Virus record (IMG/VR): IMGVR_UViG_3300033067_001629 | Span: 1 to 45,076 of that record | Source of the DNA: a virus | Taxonomy: Duplodnaviria > Caudoviricetes | Length of the DNA: 45,076 bases | Direction: 5' to 3' (one strand) | Shown here: positions 29,439 to 38,679 of the stretch, in pieces | Layout: every line of letters starts with the position of its first letter | How positions within the stretch are numbered: position 1 is the first letter of the stretch | The notes under the pieces: generated by a model | The model's database searches: none | Seen by the model: the letters and a program-made list of their open reading frames with translations, nothing else | Told to the model about the DNA's origin: nothing | Translations under genes and position numbers: made by a program

Positions 29439-29566
29439 GTTTTTCCTTGCTTTTGCAACAATCTAAATCCGACTTCACACGCTTGAGCATGGATGCTCGA
29501 ATGCTCCGAATTGCTCATTAACTCTAGATTTTCTTCTATCCATTTTTTGCCGTCAAATCTAACCAC
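29420..29566 (-). CDS. 48-aa ORF resembling a truncated HNH C-terminus
   Basis: SD GGAGG, GTG start; ENLELMSNSEHSSIH; not in ORF track. Confidence 0.4.
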   Translation of the reverse strand: MVRFDGKKWIEENLELMSNSEHSSIHAQACEVGFRLLQKQGKTWYSQS

Positions 29567-29580
29567 AACTAACCCTCCAC

Positions 29581-29985
29581 TTAGCTATCCGTTCCACAAT
29601 ATTGAAAATCTTGTACATGCCACAGCGGAAAACCCTGCTCATACCGTTCAGCCAGCACATCAATCTTTTCTGGTGAGCCTGGCGCTGCTGACGTTGGTGG
29701 GAATTTAACATCGGTTTTCGGTTCGTACGCCAGCCACTCCAACACGCTTTGATGGCTTTCGTTAATCGCTTGTTTTGATGCTAACGGATCGCTTATTTGC
29801 TTTGGAATTTTACTTTTGGCTTGGCTGCCGTCGCTATTTTCGTCAGCCGGTTTATTCAGATTCCTTTCTGCCCACTTACGATCCGCCATGGCTTTGACAA
29901 ATGCAGTGTCGCGCCGCTTTTTCATTTTTTGGCGAATACGTTTTCTAATTTGATTTCGCAATGGATTTTTAGCTTTTGTAATCAT
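29581..29985 (-). CDS. Hypothetical protein with PTSAAPGSPEKIDVLAERYEQGFPLWH motif
   Basis: ATGA overlap with helicase stop sets start at 29985; motif recalled from Planctomycete small proteins. Confidence 0.65.
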   Translation of the reverse strand: MITKAKNPLRNQIRKRIRQKMKKRRDTAFVKAMADRKWAERNLNKPADENSDGSQAKSKIPKQISDPLASKQAINESHQSVLEWLAYEPKTDVKFPPTSAAPGSPEKIDVLAERYEQGFPLWHVQDFQYCGTDS

Positions 29986-32231
29986 ACGTTTGCTAGCTCC
30001 TGCTTTGCCTTGCCTTGTAAAATCAACTCGCGCAAAAAAGTTTTCCTGTGCCATATTTTACTTTGCTTGCACATGCGATCTGCCGTCGATCTGTTGCCAA
30101 GCATCCAGCATTTGAGCTTCGCTCGCGAAATCGCGGTATAAAGCCAAGAGCGATCACAGACCATCCGTGCTCCGGGGTAGTCATCCAGCATCACCACCAC
30201 CCATGGCCAGTCTGAACCTTGAGATTTATGGACTGACAGCGCATATCCCAACTCGAATGTGCAGCCACCTTCTTGACCAAAGTAGATTTCAATTTGTCTG
30301 GCCGGCGCATCCAAACTCAACACCATAGATTTTCGGTCAACGCTAATCACCTTGGCCAACTCACCATTGGCAACATAAACTTCCTCGCGTTCATTCACAT
30401 CGGCTAAAGTGTCGTCAGCATGTTCGTTTTGGGCTAACTTGAACCAGGCGTTTTTCGTATTAACCAACTTATCACCAATACGAAACGCAACGCCTTCCTC
30501 ACCTGGTTGCTTATTCAGCACTCGCTGCAATTCTCGATTTAACTCAACTCTGCTCAACGGGCTTTTCTCATTAACCGCTGTGATAATCTGAACATCCCAA
30601 ACCGGGTCTAATCCAGCATTCTTGGCCTGGTGGCAAATCTGGTTAATTCGTTCGGTCATCATGTCTGAGCGATCAGCAACCAGGTGAAGGTTATCGCCTA
30701 CGTCCCATTTGCGTTGATCCCGCATTGCCGCGCATGCTTCGACAATACCGCCGCTGTTCCTGATTATTTCGGTTAGCTCACCATAGCAGACGCCAGCGGC
30801 TATCATGTCTCGAAGTGGCGCACCGTGGCCGACTGGCGGCAACTGGTTTACGTCACCAACTAGCAGGACCATGGTTCCAGCAGCTCGGGCCCGCATGATC
30901 GCGGCCATGAGGTCAGTGTCCAACATTGATGATTCATCACCGATTAGCACCTTGGCCGGAAAGTGCGATAAATCTTTCATTTCTAATTGCATTAGCAGGC
31001 TATGCCATGTGCGAGCCCGCAACGGAATTTCTTTAGCAGACAAGTTTTCTGTCACGCGCACAGCAGATTTGCCTGTGGGTGCTCCAACCATGATGTTGTC
31101 TAGGCCAACAGTCTTGGCCATGGCTTTTACCAATTCACTAACGAGCCAAGTTTTCCCGGTTCCTGGTGATCCTCCGAGTACGCAAATTGACGATAGCAAC
31201 GCAACTCCGGCTATCTCGCGCTGATGGTCAGACAGTGCCAAGTCGGTTAGTTTAGGCCAGGAGAATCGTTCAGACTGAGCACGAACTATAACATCCGCTA
31301 TGCTTCGCTCGTTCCTTGCGCACCTGGCATCGGAAAACCATCGAGTATCACCACCCTGGCTGACCGGCCCGCGCTCTCCATCGGTCAAAATTTCATCCAG
31401 GATGTGGGCACGTTTGGCAAGCTCAACCGCCTTGTTGAACTTCAGGTCGGCACCACTGATGTTGGCCCGCAAATAAGCATCCGGCGTTTTCCATCCATAC
31501 CAAGTGTGACCATCAGTGTTTTGTTCTAGGCTGTACCATGTACACAACGCCTGACGCTTTAGCGCGGCTGGTGGCAATCCCAATTCCAAATACATCGCAT
31601 CGCATCGCTTAAAGCCACAGCCAGCAAACTTTAGCAACCGATATGGATTCTTGCGAATAATCTCTGCGCCGCGATTGCCCCATTCCTGGATGATGGTTTG
31701 CGTAATTGATTTCGGAAAGCCACGACCATTAAGCAAGGTGGTTAAGTCAAGTTTGATGGCTTCGGTGGTTTCATCGGCAGCCAGGGTGAGTGACATCGCT
31801 ATTGCGTTTTCTACTTTGTAACGATAGCCAGCTTGCGTCAGATACTTGCTAACGCGATCCGGTTCCGTTCTGGCGACGCGCACAGCATCTTGGCCGAATT
31901 CCTCCCAAAGTTTGGTTGCTCGCACTTTACCAAGGCCATGGCCAGCACCGTGATTGGCTAAGTAAGCGATGACGCTATCTCGATCAATGGGAGCGAGGGC
32001 CACGAAAGTTTGAAAGGAAAATTGCGGTTCTCCTTTGTACTTTGTCCAACGACCGAAAAAACGATATCGAATGCCTTGGGTAAGTTGTCCAAGTTCGGCA
32101 GGGCCTTTGATGGAGATAGAGCCGGTTTCTGTGTTGTGAGCATCGCCGACAATAACGTCGCCGGTATCGTTGGCGAATCGGTGGCGCTCGCGGATGAATT
32201 TGCCGGTGATTTCGATTAGTTGTTGTGCCAT
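29982..32231 (-). CDS. RecD2-like SF1B ATP-dependent helicase
   Basis: HhH GLGKVRA, NPYRL...GFKRCD, GSPGTGKT, APTGKSA, DESSM, LVGDVNQLPPVGHG, YALSVHKSQGS, LYTAISRAK. Confidence 0.92.
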   Translation of the reverse strand: MAQQLIEITGKFIRERHRFANDTGDVIVGDAHNTETGSISIKGPAELGQLTQGIRYRFFGRWTKYKGEPQFSFQTFVALAPIDRDSVIAYLANHGAGHGLGKVRATKLWEEFGQDAVRVARTEPDRVSKYLTQAGYRYKVENAIAMSLTLAADETTEAIKLDLTTLLNGRGFPKSITQTIIQEWGNRGAEIIRKNPYRLLKFAGCGFKRCDAMYLELGLPPAALKRQALCTWYSLEQNTDGHTWYGWKTPDAYLRANISGADLKFNKAVELAKRAHILDEILTDGERGPVSQGGDTRWFSDARCARNERSIADVIVRAQSERFSWPKLTDLALSDHQREIAGVALLSSICVLGGSPGTGKTWLVSELVKAMAKTVGLDNIMVGAPTGKSAVRVTENLSAKEIPLRARTWHSLLMQLEMKDLSHFPAKVLIGDESSMLDTDLMAAIMRARAAGTMVLLVGDVNQLPPVGHGAPLRDMIAAGVCYGELTEIIRNSGGIVEACAAMRDQRKWDVGDNLHLVADRSDMMTERINQICHQAKNAGLDPVWDVQIITAVNEKSPLSRVELNRELQRVLNKQPGEEGVAFRIGDKLVNTKNAWFKLAQNEHADDTLADVNEREEVYVANGELAKVISVDRKSMVLSLDAPARQIEIYFGQEGGCTFELGYALSVHKSQGSDWPWVVVMLDDYPGARMVCDRSWLYTAISRAKLKCWMLGNRSTADRMCKQSKIWHRKTFLRELILQGKAKQELANV

Positions 32232-32233
32232 GG

Positions 32234-32686
32234 TCAGATTTTTTGATCGTTGCTTTGTGGTGGTAGATGTTCAATCCATTTAATGATTTCTGCGAATGCA
32301 TCAGACTTTCCGTCAAAGTAGCAAGCCCATCTATCACTGCCTTTATGTTCTTCGGAACGCATTAATGATTTAGTTTCAACTTGCCTTTGCATCGCCCACA
32401 CTTTCAGCTTTTCAAAAATATTCATTTTGTTTTGACTGGTATTCCGCAACTCATCGCATCTTGAACATGAATCACCTCGCATTTGGTCGAATCCTTGAAC
32501 GCCGCAAACATGCTCGCTGACTTTTTTTCCTTCATTCAATGAAGTATCGCGAACATCACTAAAAAAGTCAGATTCACTTAACATTCTCTTTTTTTCATGT
32601 ATAGCAACTACTTCTTCTAAATTGGCTATTCGTTTGAAAGCTTTATCAATCGCCTCAGCAAAATCACATAGGGTTATTAATTGCAT
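32234..32686 (-). CDS. Hypothetical AT-rich protein with HxC...CxxC motif
   Basis: HVCGVQGF...CSRC; ATG 32686 preferred because upstream DNA is structured non-coding. Confidence 0.55.
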   Translation of the reverse strand: MQLITLCDFAEAIDKAFKRIANLEEVVAIHEKKRMLSESDFFSDVRDTSLNEGKKVSEHVCGVQGFDQMRGDSCSRCDELRNTSQNKMNIFEKLKVWAMQRQVETKSLMRSEEHKGSDRWACYFDGKSDAFAEIIKWIEHLPPQSNDQKI

Positions 32687-32699
32687 AATTTCACTTAAT

Positions 32700-32751
32700 A
32701 AAAAATGATACAAAAGCGCCGGCAGCCCCCTCTCACAAGAACTGCCGACGC
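32700..32751 (-). terminator. Intrinsic terminator-like hairpin
   Basis: Long stem 32716-32751 whose mismatches are G-U pairs only on the minus strand, followed by UUUU and U6. Confidence 0.55.
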
Positions 32752-32902
32752 CCCCGAGAGCCTTCCTGCCGTGGTTACAACGCCACTCACGGCTAGGCGG
32801 TGCCCAACGCACTTTACGCTTTCAAAACGGCTTCCATGCTCGCCGACATCTGCGATTGCTCTTTGGCCTCATTGCTTCTGTCTAGGATTACATGAAAGCG
32901 AT

Positions 32903-33514
32903 CTACACCGCCGACAAATCAACACCACCAGCCCGCGTGGACGTTATTTGACCAACCGGCGCTGTCTGCACAGCTACTTCCTTAGCAACTGCTTTGCGTA
33001 ACTGAACTGGGATTGCAGCAATACACGCAGCATCTAGTACCAACCCAGTTTTAGCCGCATCAGGATCATCAACATGCCAAATATCTGAGTAGTGCAAATC
33101 AACGCGGTCAGTATCAACGTACTTTCCGGTTAATTCATCCTTCTTTTGCTTCCAACCAAACTTAGCCACAATCTGCCGACCAACAGCATCACCAGGTTCA
33201 ACCATCGCTTTTTGGCCTGGTTGAAACTGTCCGATCAAACACGTCGCCAAACAGAATCGAGTGATCCGCTTACTGGCCTGGTCGCCTTTTTCCTTTGGCT
33301 TCCAAAACGTAATGTCGGTCGATCGATCCTTTTGTTGTTGATCGGTTCCGGCCAGCACAGAAAACGTTGCCTTAAACTCAGCATCCAATGGATTGCCGGA
33401 CTTATCAGCCGGATTCTCATCCACGGCGACAACCAGGAGGTGGTACACACCTGGATTGTCAATAAAGTTGCCACCACCGCCAAGTTCATCAGGTTGTTCT
33501 ACAGTTAAAGCCAT
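32903..33514 (-). CDS. ssDNA-binding-like protein (DUF669-like)
   Basis: SD AGGAG; NPGVYHLLVVAV N-terminus; beside ERF gene. Confidence 0.55.
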   Translation of the reverse strand: MALTVEQPDELGGGGNFIDNPGVYHLLVVAVDENPADKSGNPLDAEFKATFSVLAGTDQQQKDRSTDITFWKPKEKGDQASKRITRFCLATCLIGQFQPGQKAMVEPGDAVGRQIVAKFGWKQKKDELTGKYVDTDRVDLHYSDIWHVDDPDAAKTGLVLDAACIAAIPVQLRKAVAKEVAVQTAPVGQITSTRAGGVDLSAV

Positions 33515-33656
33515 TTTTCGTAATCTCCTAAAGTGAAGTTGTAAAAGTGATTCCATTAAAACCACGCACCTAAAACGTCAATCGTTGCAAACTTTTCAGC
33601 CTCAAGGACTGAATTAAATAAGGGTTCGCAAATACCCACCCGTTCATCCCACCGCT

Positions 33657-34739
33657 CTAGCCAGCGGCGGCCATCTCTAACATCGAAGCAAAAAAATTTG
33701 TGATGTTTTTCATTTCGATTGCTGCTTTCAATTCACTGGCCTGCTTAAAAGTCATATCGCTAACCTTACCAAACCCTGCACCGTTTAGACGCGCGACGAA
33801 ATCAGCAACCACACCTGGTTGCGATTGCTCCCACTCAGCCAAGGCAGTTTTGATTTCGCTTACCTGTTGATCGGTGCAAGGATCGTTGTCATTGCCTACG
33901 GCTATACCTGATTCGCTCACGCCGCCACTGGCAACCGTCTTGACGGCCATTGCAGCCAGGTTGGTGATGATGGTGGTAACCTGCTCTTGGCTAAGCTGGT
34001 TGATTGCAAACACGCCACGCTTGCTACAGATCGACTTCTTGCCATCGTCATCAATGCCGAGCTGCTCGCAAAGCTGATTGATTTTGGCGACCGATTCAGC
34101 CGATGCAAGTTCGCTTGGTTGTTTCGTTTCACCATTAAGAAAAGGCACCGCAGGAGCATCAGCCAGGGTGGTAACAACGGGACTTGCGGCCACGCTGTTT
34201 ACCGTTGCACCATCCCTGGTTGCCTCAACCTTGGCAGCGGCCTCTGCCATAAGCTCCTGCGGTGTTTTACGTGGTGTGGCCGGCGCGGCTGGCGTTGTCG
34301 GTTCCACATGGCCGTCGTTGTCATCGTCGATATTTAACGCGAGAATCGCACCCAATGCGTAACGTCGCTGATAGGTGATGACTGTGCCAATTGACTGCGG
34401 CGTAATTGCTTTCGATGCTGGACGATCGCCCGTTGCCTTTTCAACCACAGCCTCAATGGGTTGCATGGGATATTCCGAACTGATCCATTCGCCAGAAGAA
34501 TGGCTGATTATGGTAGTCAAGCCGAAGTTGGCTGTTGGATGTTGCTGGACGAGCAAACCGCAATCATTCAAAATTGGCTGGATGATTTCCAGGATGGTTG
34601 AAAGATCGGCGTACTTCGTTTTTAAAAATGGGTTTTTCGATAGCTTGGGAATCTTGGGACATTGCTTGTGAAATTCAATCATGGCTGTTGAGATAGCGGC
34701 GATTGAATCGGACATGCGGACTGGTGCGGATTGCGACAT
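33657..34739 (-). CDS. erf: ERF-family ssDNA annealing recombinase with C-terminal extension
   Basis: KNPFLKTKYADL, HSSGEWI, PQSIGTVITYQRRYAL, DDDNDG. Confidence 0.9.
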   Translation of the reverse strand: MSQSAPVRMSDSIAAISTAMIEFHKQCPKIPKLSKNPFLKTKYADLSTILEIIQPILNDCGLLVQQHPTANFGLTTIISHSSGEWISSEYPMQPIEAVVEKATGDRPASKAITPQSIGTVITYQRRYALGAILALNIDDDNDGHVEPTTPAAPATPRKTPQELMAEAAAKVEATRDGATVNSVAASPVVTTLADAPAVPFLNGETKQPSELASAESVAKINQLCEQLGIDDDGKKSICSKRGVFAINQLSQEQVTTIITNLAAMAVKTVASGGVSESGIAVGNDNDPCTDQQVSEIKTALAEWEQSQPGVVADFVARLNGAGFGKVSDMTFKQASELKAAIEMKNITNFFASMLEMAAAG

Positions 34740-34801
34740 GGTTGGAGGTTCCGTTGGGTTCTCGGTTCATAGTAATGATTGGTAAAAAATCGCAGCCGTT
34801 A

Positions 34802-35293
34802 TTACGCCCCATGCCGTAATGAAAAAACACCTACCAAAGCTTTATTTAAAAACTCATCCCTGGCTGCATTCGCCTCTTGAGGAGTATCGTAAACACCGAT
34901 GTGGACAGTCTTTCTGTTTACCTTAACTCTAGCCGACCACCTTCCAATACTCTTGTACCATGCAACACCTGTAAAGCCACTTGTATTGTTGCATTGCATT
35001 GGTCTATTGCGGTTGTTTGTGCTGCAACTTACGCTCCTCAAGTTGTCGATTCGATTATCTGATTTGTTTCCGTTGATGTGGTCTATTTCTTCAGGGTCGT
35101 ATCCGTACCACCATTTCCACACCAAGCGATGGACCAAACAAGTAGACTCCCTGTAAGTGATGCGCTTGTATCCTTTCGAATCCACCCAGCCAGACTTTCC
35201 GTCAAGTCTTGTAAACTCACCAGTTGCAGCGTTGTACGTGAAATCCATTTTTAGCATTTGTTGCTTCGGTAATGGTACTGACTTTGTTTTCAT
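34802..35293 (-). CDS. HNH endonuclease with AP2-like domain
   Basis: HRLVW, IDHINGNKSDNRIDNLR, NTSGFTGV, HIGVYDTPQEA. Confidence 0.92.
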   Translation of the reverse strand: MKTKSVPLPKQQMLKMDFTYNAATGEFTRLDGKSGWVDSKGYKRITYRESTCLVHRLVWKWWYGYDPEEIDHINGNKSDNRIDNLRSVSCSTNNRNRPMQCNNTSGFTGVAWYKSIGRWSARVKVNRKTVHIGVYDTPQEANAARDEFLNKALVGVFSLRHGA

Positions 35294-35430
35294 ATTTCCT
35301 TCCTATTAGTAGTTATTAAACGCGGTGGTTATTTGCAGCCCCACCGCTGGCGAGCCGCTAACGCTGCGGCTAAGCGTAGTTTCAGGCGAGAATTGCATAA
35401 CTCGCCCAGGACAGCAACAAGCCGCCCTGT

Positions 35431-35790
35431 TTACTTTTGAATCTCCGCATCGACATAAATCTGGCCGAGGCAACCTGGTGCTGACGCCTTTCTTGCTTCT
35501 ATTTGTGACTCAAATAAATCACTCACAGCGTATATACCATTGCCGTGCAAATACGCATTCATCCACCCGGTGATTCGCTTAGGCTTGCTGATAATATCAA
35601 GTTGATGTTCCGCAACCGTAGATGATAAACCGTTACTTTTCCAAGCCTTAACTAGCCATACACCATCGTTTAGTGTCGCGCCATGGACCGGGTAACCACC
35701 GCCACCATCAGTAGCATAAATCCGCACTGGCCGACCGTTGCGGGTCTGTAACTCTTCCGGCTTTGAAAAATCCAATTTCTCATCATTCAC
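35431..35790 (-). CDS. Conserved phage hypothetical protein
   Basis: QTRNGRPVRIYATDG motif. Confidence 0.7.
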   Translation of the reverse strand: MNDEKLDFSKPEELQTRNGRPVRIYATDGGGGYPVHGATLNDGVWLVKAWKSNGLSSTVAEHQLDIISKPKRITGWMNAYLHGNGIYAVSDLFESQIEARKASAPGCLGQIYVDAEIQK

Positions 35791-36686
35791 TACATCACCC
35801 CCATACGTCTCGCCACCCTGCTATTCAACACCACATCATTCCGCAAATATCCCAACGCCTTTTCCACATTCTCAGCATCCTTGCTATACAGCAACTTCCA
35901 AAAGTCGCTGCCGGTCATGCCTTCTGTCTTTGCTCCTTCGCCAAGCACGCGGCCAACAATGTCCAAGTTGGCAGGTACGCCATTACCACCGAAGCCGCGC
36001 ACGCCACATTCCCAGCAGCTACGCGTATCAATGAACACATTGGACAGATACCTCCATCCCTGATCCATGACATTCCTGGGAACATCTACACCCAAAATCC
36101 AAGAGCGGCGAATCAAAAATGGAATGTCAAAACCGGCGATGTTATGGCCGATCAGGTTTCCACCGGCCCGAGCAACAGGAACAAACCATTTGATCCAAAA
36201 TTCGTCAATGACATCGGCTTCGGCATCGTCATCGTAAATGTCGCCGACAACCAGAGTGTGGGTATTCTCGTTTGCATCACAAAAGCCGATGGCCAGCACG
36301 CGGCCGAGGATCGGGGACAGTGGAGCCTTTTCAATTTGCGTTAGCCAGTAGTCTGTTTCGGCGTTACTGATGCTGTTCTCGTGCGCGATGACAGCCAGGT
36401 TGTGAGCCTGCTTGGCTTCCTCAATTTTCATCATTATTTTTTCAGGGTCTTTGAGATTGCCAACGCGAACAGATCGCGGGTCAAACTCACCTGGGTGCGC
36501 AGGTGCCGAAAATGCCTCTGATAATGACTTGATTGTGTCGAGGTCATTTGGTCCTGACTCGATATCGAACACTGTGCCACCACTCCCTGGGTGACATCGT
36601 TGGCGGTATCGCTCTGGCTGTTCTTTGGCCGACAGTTCTTTAGCGGCGATTTCTTCTAGTTCATCGGTGATTTGTGGTGAGATCAT
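35790..36686 (-). CDS. 3'-5' exonuclease (DEDD/PolB-exo-like)
   Basis: VFDIES, GHNIAGFDIPFL, IDT, YLRNDV. Confidence 0.85.
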   Translation of the reverse strand: MISPQITDELEEIAAKELSAKEQPERYRQRCHPGSGGTVFDIESGPNDLDTIKSLSEAFSAPAHPGEFDPRSVRVGNLKDPEKIMMKIEEAKQAHNLAVIAHENSISNAETDYWLTQIEKAPLSPILGRVLAIGFCDANENTHTLVVGDIYDDDAEADVIDEFWIKWFVPVARAGGNLIGHNIAGFDIPFLIRRSWILGVDVPRNVMDQGWRYLSNVFIDTRSCWECGVRGFGGNGVPANLDIVGRVLGEGAKTEGMTGSDFWKLLYSKDAENVEKALGYLRNDVVLNSRVARRMGVM

Positions 36687-36782
36687 TTTGGCGACTCTCT
36701 TCAGTTAAAAATTAAAAACCGCACCCTTCAGCCTCCCAACATCCAGGTGGATAGAACGCAACCCTCGCTTGTGTCGACAGTC

Positions 36783-37220
36783 CTAAAAGCCGACTACATC
36801 CTGACAGTCCATTGTCAGTTCCGTTACTCGCAATAGTTCATGGGCACGCATCGCATCGCTAAAAGTGAATGGCATTGTTGGATCGTCTGCCAAATCAAGG
36901 ATGTGCGTGAAAGTGTCCTGAATGGTTGATTCATCGTATTGCCATCGCCAGAAGTGGCCAGAGTCTGACCAGTAGTTGATGGTGCGTATGCCTCGTGGCG
37001 TTGTCGGCATGGTGACTGAAGCAATCGTCCCCGATTCTTCGTACTCAGCAGCCAGCTTTTGCTTTTTCTTTTCAATGTCCGAAAGATACCTAGCAACCTC
37101 TGATCCATCAAACACAGGCCGTCTCGCCTCACTGCCAACATCAAAGCCCAACAGCCAATCGACAAGTTGCGACAAGGACGCACGCAACTGTTCCCAGCCA
37201 ATTCGAAGATTAACGACCAT
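36783..37220 (-). CDS. Hypothetical protein
   Basis: ORF in operon orientation. Confidence 0.6.
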   Translation of the reverse strand: MVVNLRIGWEQLRASLSQLVDWLLGFDVGSEARRPVFDGSEVARYLSDIEKKKQKLAAEYEESGTIASVTMPTTPRGIRTINYWSDSGHFWRWQYDESTIQDTFTHILDLADDPTMPFTFSDAMRAHELLRVTELTMDCQDVVGF

Positions 37221-37296
37221 GATGCAAAATTCCTTTCAGCCAAAATGATGTTGTCAAAACCAGCAATATTGAGAGCGTGACGAGGACAGTTTCCAT
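37210..37296 (-). CDS. 28-aa hydrophobic peptide
   Basis: METVLVTLSILLVLTTSFWLKGILHHGR*; fills the gap; not in track. Confidence 0.4.
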   Translation of the reverse strand: METVLVTLSILLVLTTSFWLKGILHHGR

Positions 37297-37304
37297 GGTT
37301 ATGT

Positions 37305-38309
37305 TCAGCCCAATTTCCTCTTGGTTCTCGCGTCAATCATTTTTTTGTGCAGTGATAATAATTTTTTTGGAGTGATTCCTGGAAGCGAAGAAAAGCGATC
37401 AAAATCAATCGTGCTGTCTTTAAGAAGGAGGCATCCACCAAGATCGCTTGCGATGCTTAGATACCTATCTAAAAATTCACTTCTAGACATGCCAGTGTCT
37501 AAATCAAAGCAGATTACTGATGGCTCTTGCTGGCAGAAGAATCCAGCGCTGTGATTAGTTGCGTTACTGTCGCCGGTGTTACAGTCGCCGATGTTCCAGT
37601 GGCCGGTATTCCTGTGGCCGGTGTTACTGTCGCCGGTGTTACTGTCGCCGGTGTTACAGTCGCCGATGTTCCTGTGGCCGGTGTTACTGTCGCCGGTATT
37701 CCAGTGGCCGGTGTTCCTGTTGCCGGTGTTCCTGTCGCCGGTATTCCAGTGGCCGGTATTCCTGTGGCCGGTGTTACTGTCGCCGGTATTCCTGTGGCCG
37801 GTGTTACTGTCGCCGGTATTCCAGTGGCCGGTGTTACTGTCGCCGGTGTTACAGTCGCCGATGTTCCTGTGGCCGGTATTCCAGTGGCCGGTGTTCCTGT
37901 TGCCGGTGTTCCTGTCGCCGGTATTCCAGTGGCCGGTGTTCCTGTGGCCGGTGTTACTGTCGCCGGTATTCCTGTGGCCTCCAATCAACACTTCTTCTAC
38001 AAGTCGTATCCTCTTGCAAACCAGCTTGAAATTCGCGCCCGGTTCACGAGGAATATCAAGAACACCCTGGGCTTCGACCTTCCAGATTCTAGTTGTCGGA
38101 TCAGTGTAGTAGCACCATGGTCCAGACGGTTGTTCGCAAAAGTGAAACCCACTTTCACAGAGCTTTAGCTCACCGGCGTACTCATGCCACTCACCAGGAA
38201 TAAACTGGTAATCGCGGCATTTGATATCTTTGTCAGTGGCTTTGTAGCCGGTGATAATTGCTTCAGTTTCTGGAGTTGCTTCAGTTGTTGGAGTTGCTTC
38301 GTTGCTCAT
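37305..38309 (-). CDS. Phage protein with GYK...GFHFC N-domain and G-x-x-N-[TI] pentapeptide repeats
   Basis: SD AAGGA; LKLCESGFHFCE; 28 repeats. Confidence 0.85.
   Translation of the reverse strand: MSNEATPTTEATPETEAIITGYKATDKDIKCRDYQFIPGEWHEYAGELKLCESGFHFCEQPSGPWCYYTDPTTRIWKVEAQGVLDIPREPGANFKLVCKRIRLVEEVLIGGHRNTGDSNTGHRNTGHWNTGDRNTGNRNTGHWNTGHRNIGDCNTGDSNTGHWNTGDSNTGHRNTGDSNTGHRNTGHWNTGDRNTGNRNTGHWNTGDSNTGHRNIGDCNTGDSNTGDSNTGHRNTGHWNIGDCNTGDSNATNHSAGFFCQQEPSVICFDLDTGMSRSEFLDRYLSIASDLGGCLLLKDSTIDFDRFSSLPGITPKKLLSLHKKMIDARTKRKLG
37560..37979. repeat. 28 x 15-bp coding tandem repeat with a 105-bp higher-order duplication
   Basis: Units 1-7 and 13-19 (offset 180 bp) differ at one base. Confidence 0.95.
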
Positions 38310-38337
38310 TATCTATTCCTTGTGTTGTTGGTTGGTT

Positions 38338-38406
38338 GCCAGCTCCATCCAAGTCACCCCTGACCAGATTTCGCCGCCCTGCGCCGCTGTAGGTTAGTTT
38401 GCAGCT
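38338..38406 (-). ncRNA. Candidate trans-acting RNA complementary to the primase leader
   Basis: 11+9+6 nt colinear complementarity to 41593-41622; internal hairpins CAGG/UCUG and GGUCA/UGACU. Confidence 0.55.
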
Positions 38407-38679
38407 CTAACTGAAATAGCCGCAGCAAATCTCTTGGAATGTTTCATGGCGAAACGGAACGCCATCGCGAAAGCAGGTGATCGCGACCGCGATAATGTCG
38501 CCATGGTCTGCTTGGCCAATCATGTCGGCTAGTTGATCTACCTCTGACTCAACATCAAACGAATGAGCAAATTCGCGAGCCTCAGCCAGGTTGGTAAAAA
38601 TCCTGACGGGTATGTCGTTGTAGGTAGCAGCGATTGTCACTAAGTAGTGACGGACTGGCTTAGGTGGTCGCTTAACCAT
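38407..38679 (-). CDS. Hypothetical protein (first gene of leftward early operon)
   Basis: SD GGAGG; 90 aa. Confidence 0.7.
   Translation of the reverse strand: MVKRPPKPVRHYLVTIAATYNDIPVRIFTNLAEAREFAHSFDVESEVDQLADMIGQADHGDIIAVAITCFRDGVPFRHETFQEICCGYFS

Noticed and set aside
37560-37979. Possible CRISPR or guide-RNA array
   Set aside because: Contiguous coding repeats with no unique spacers; no cas or Nop-domain gene recognised
37514-38168. Four long alternative-frame ORFs (PATGT, VAGV, CCRR, SPVF repeats)
   Set aside because: Shadows of the stop-free 15-bp repeat; only 37305-38309 has an SD and non-repeat domains
38344-38350. Trigger RNA also pairing with TCCATC just before the integrase AUG (39320-39325)
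   Set aside because: Only 6-7 bp; too short to claim
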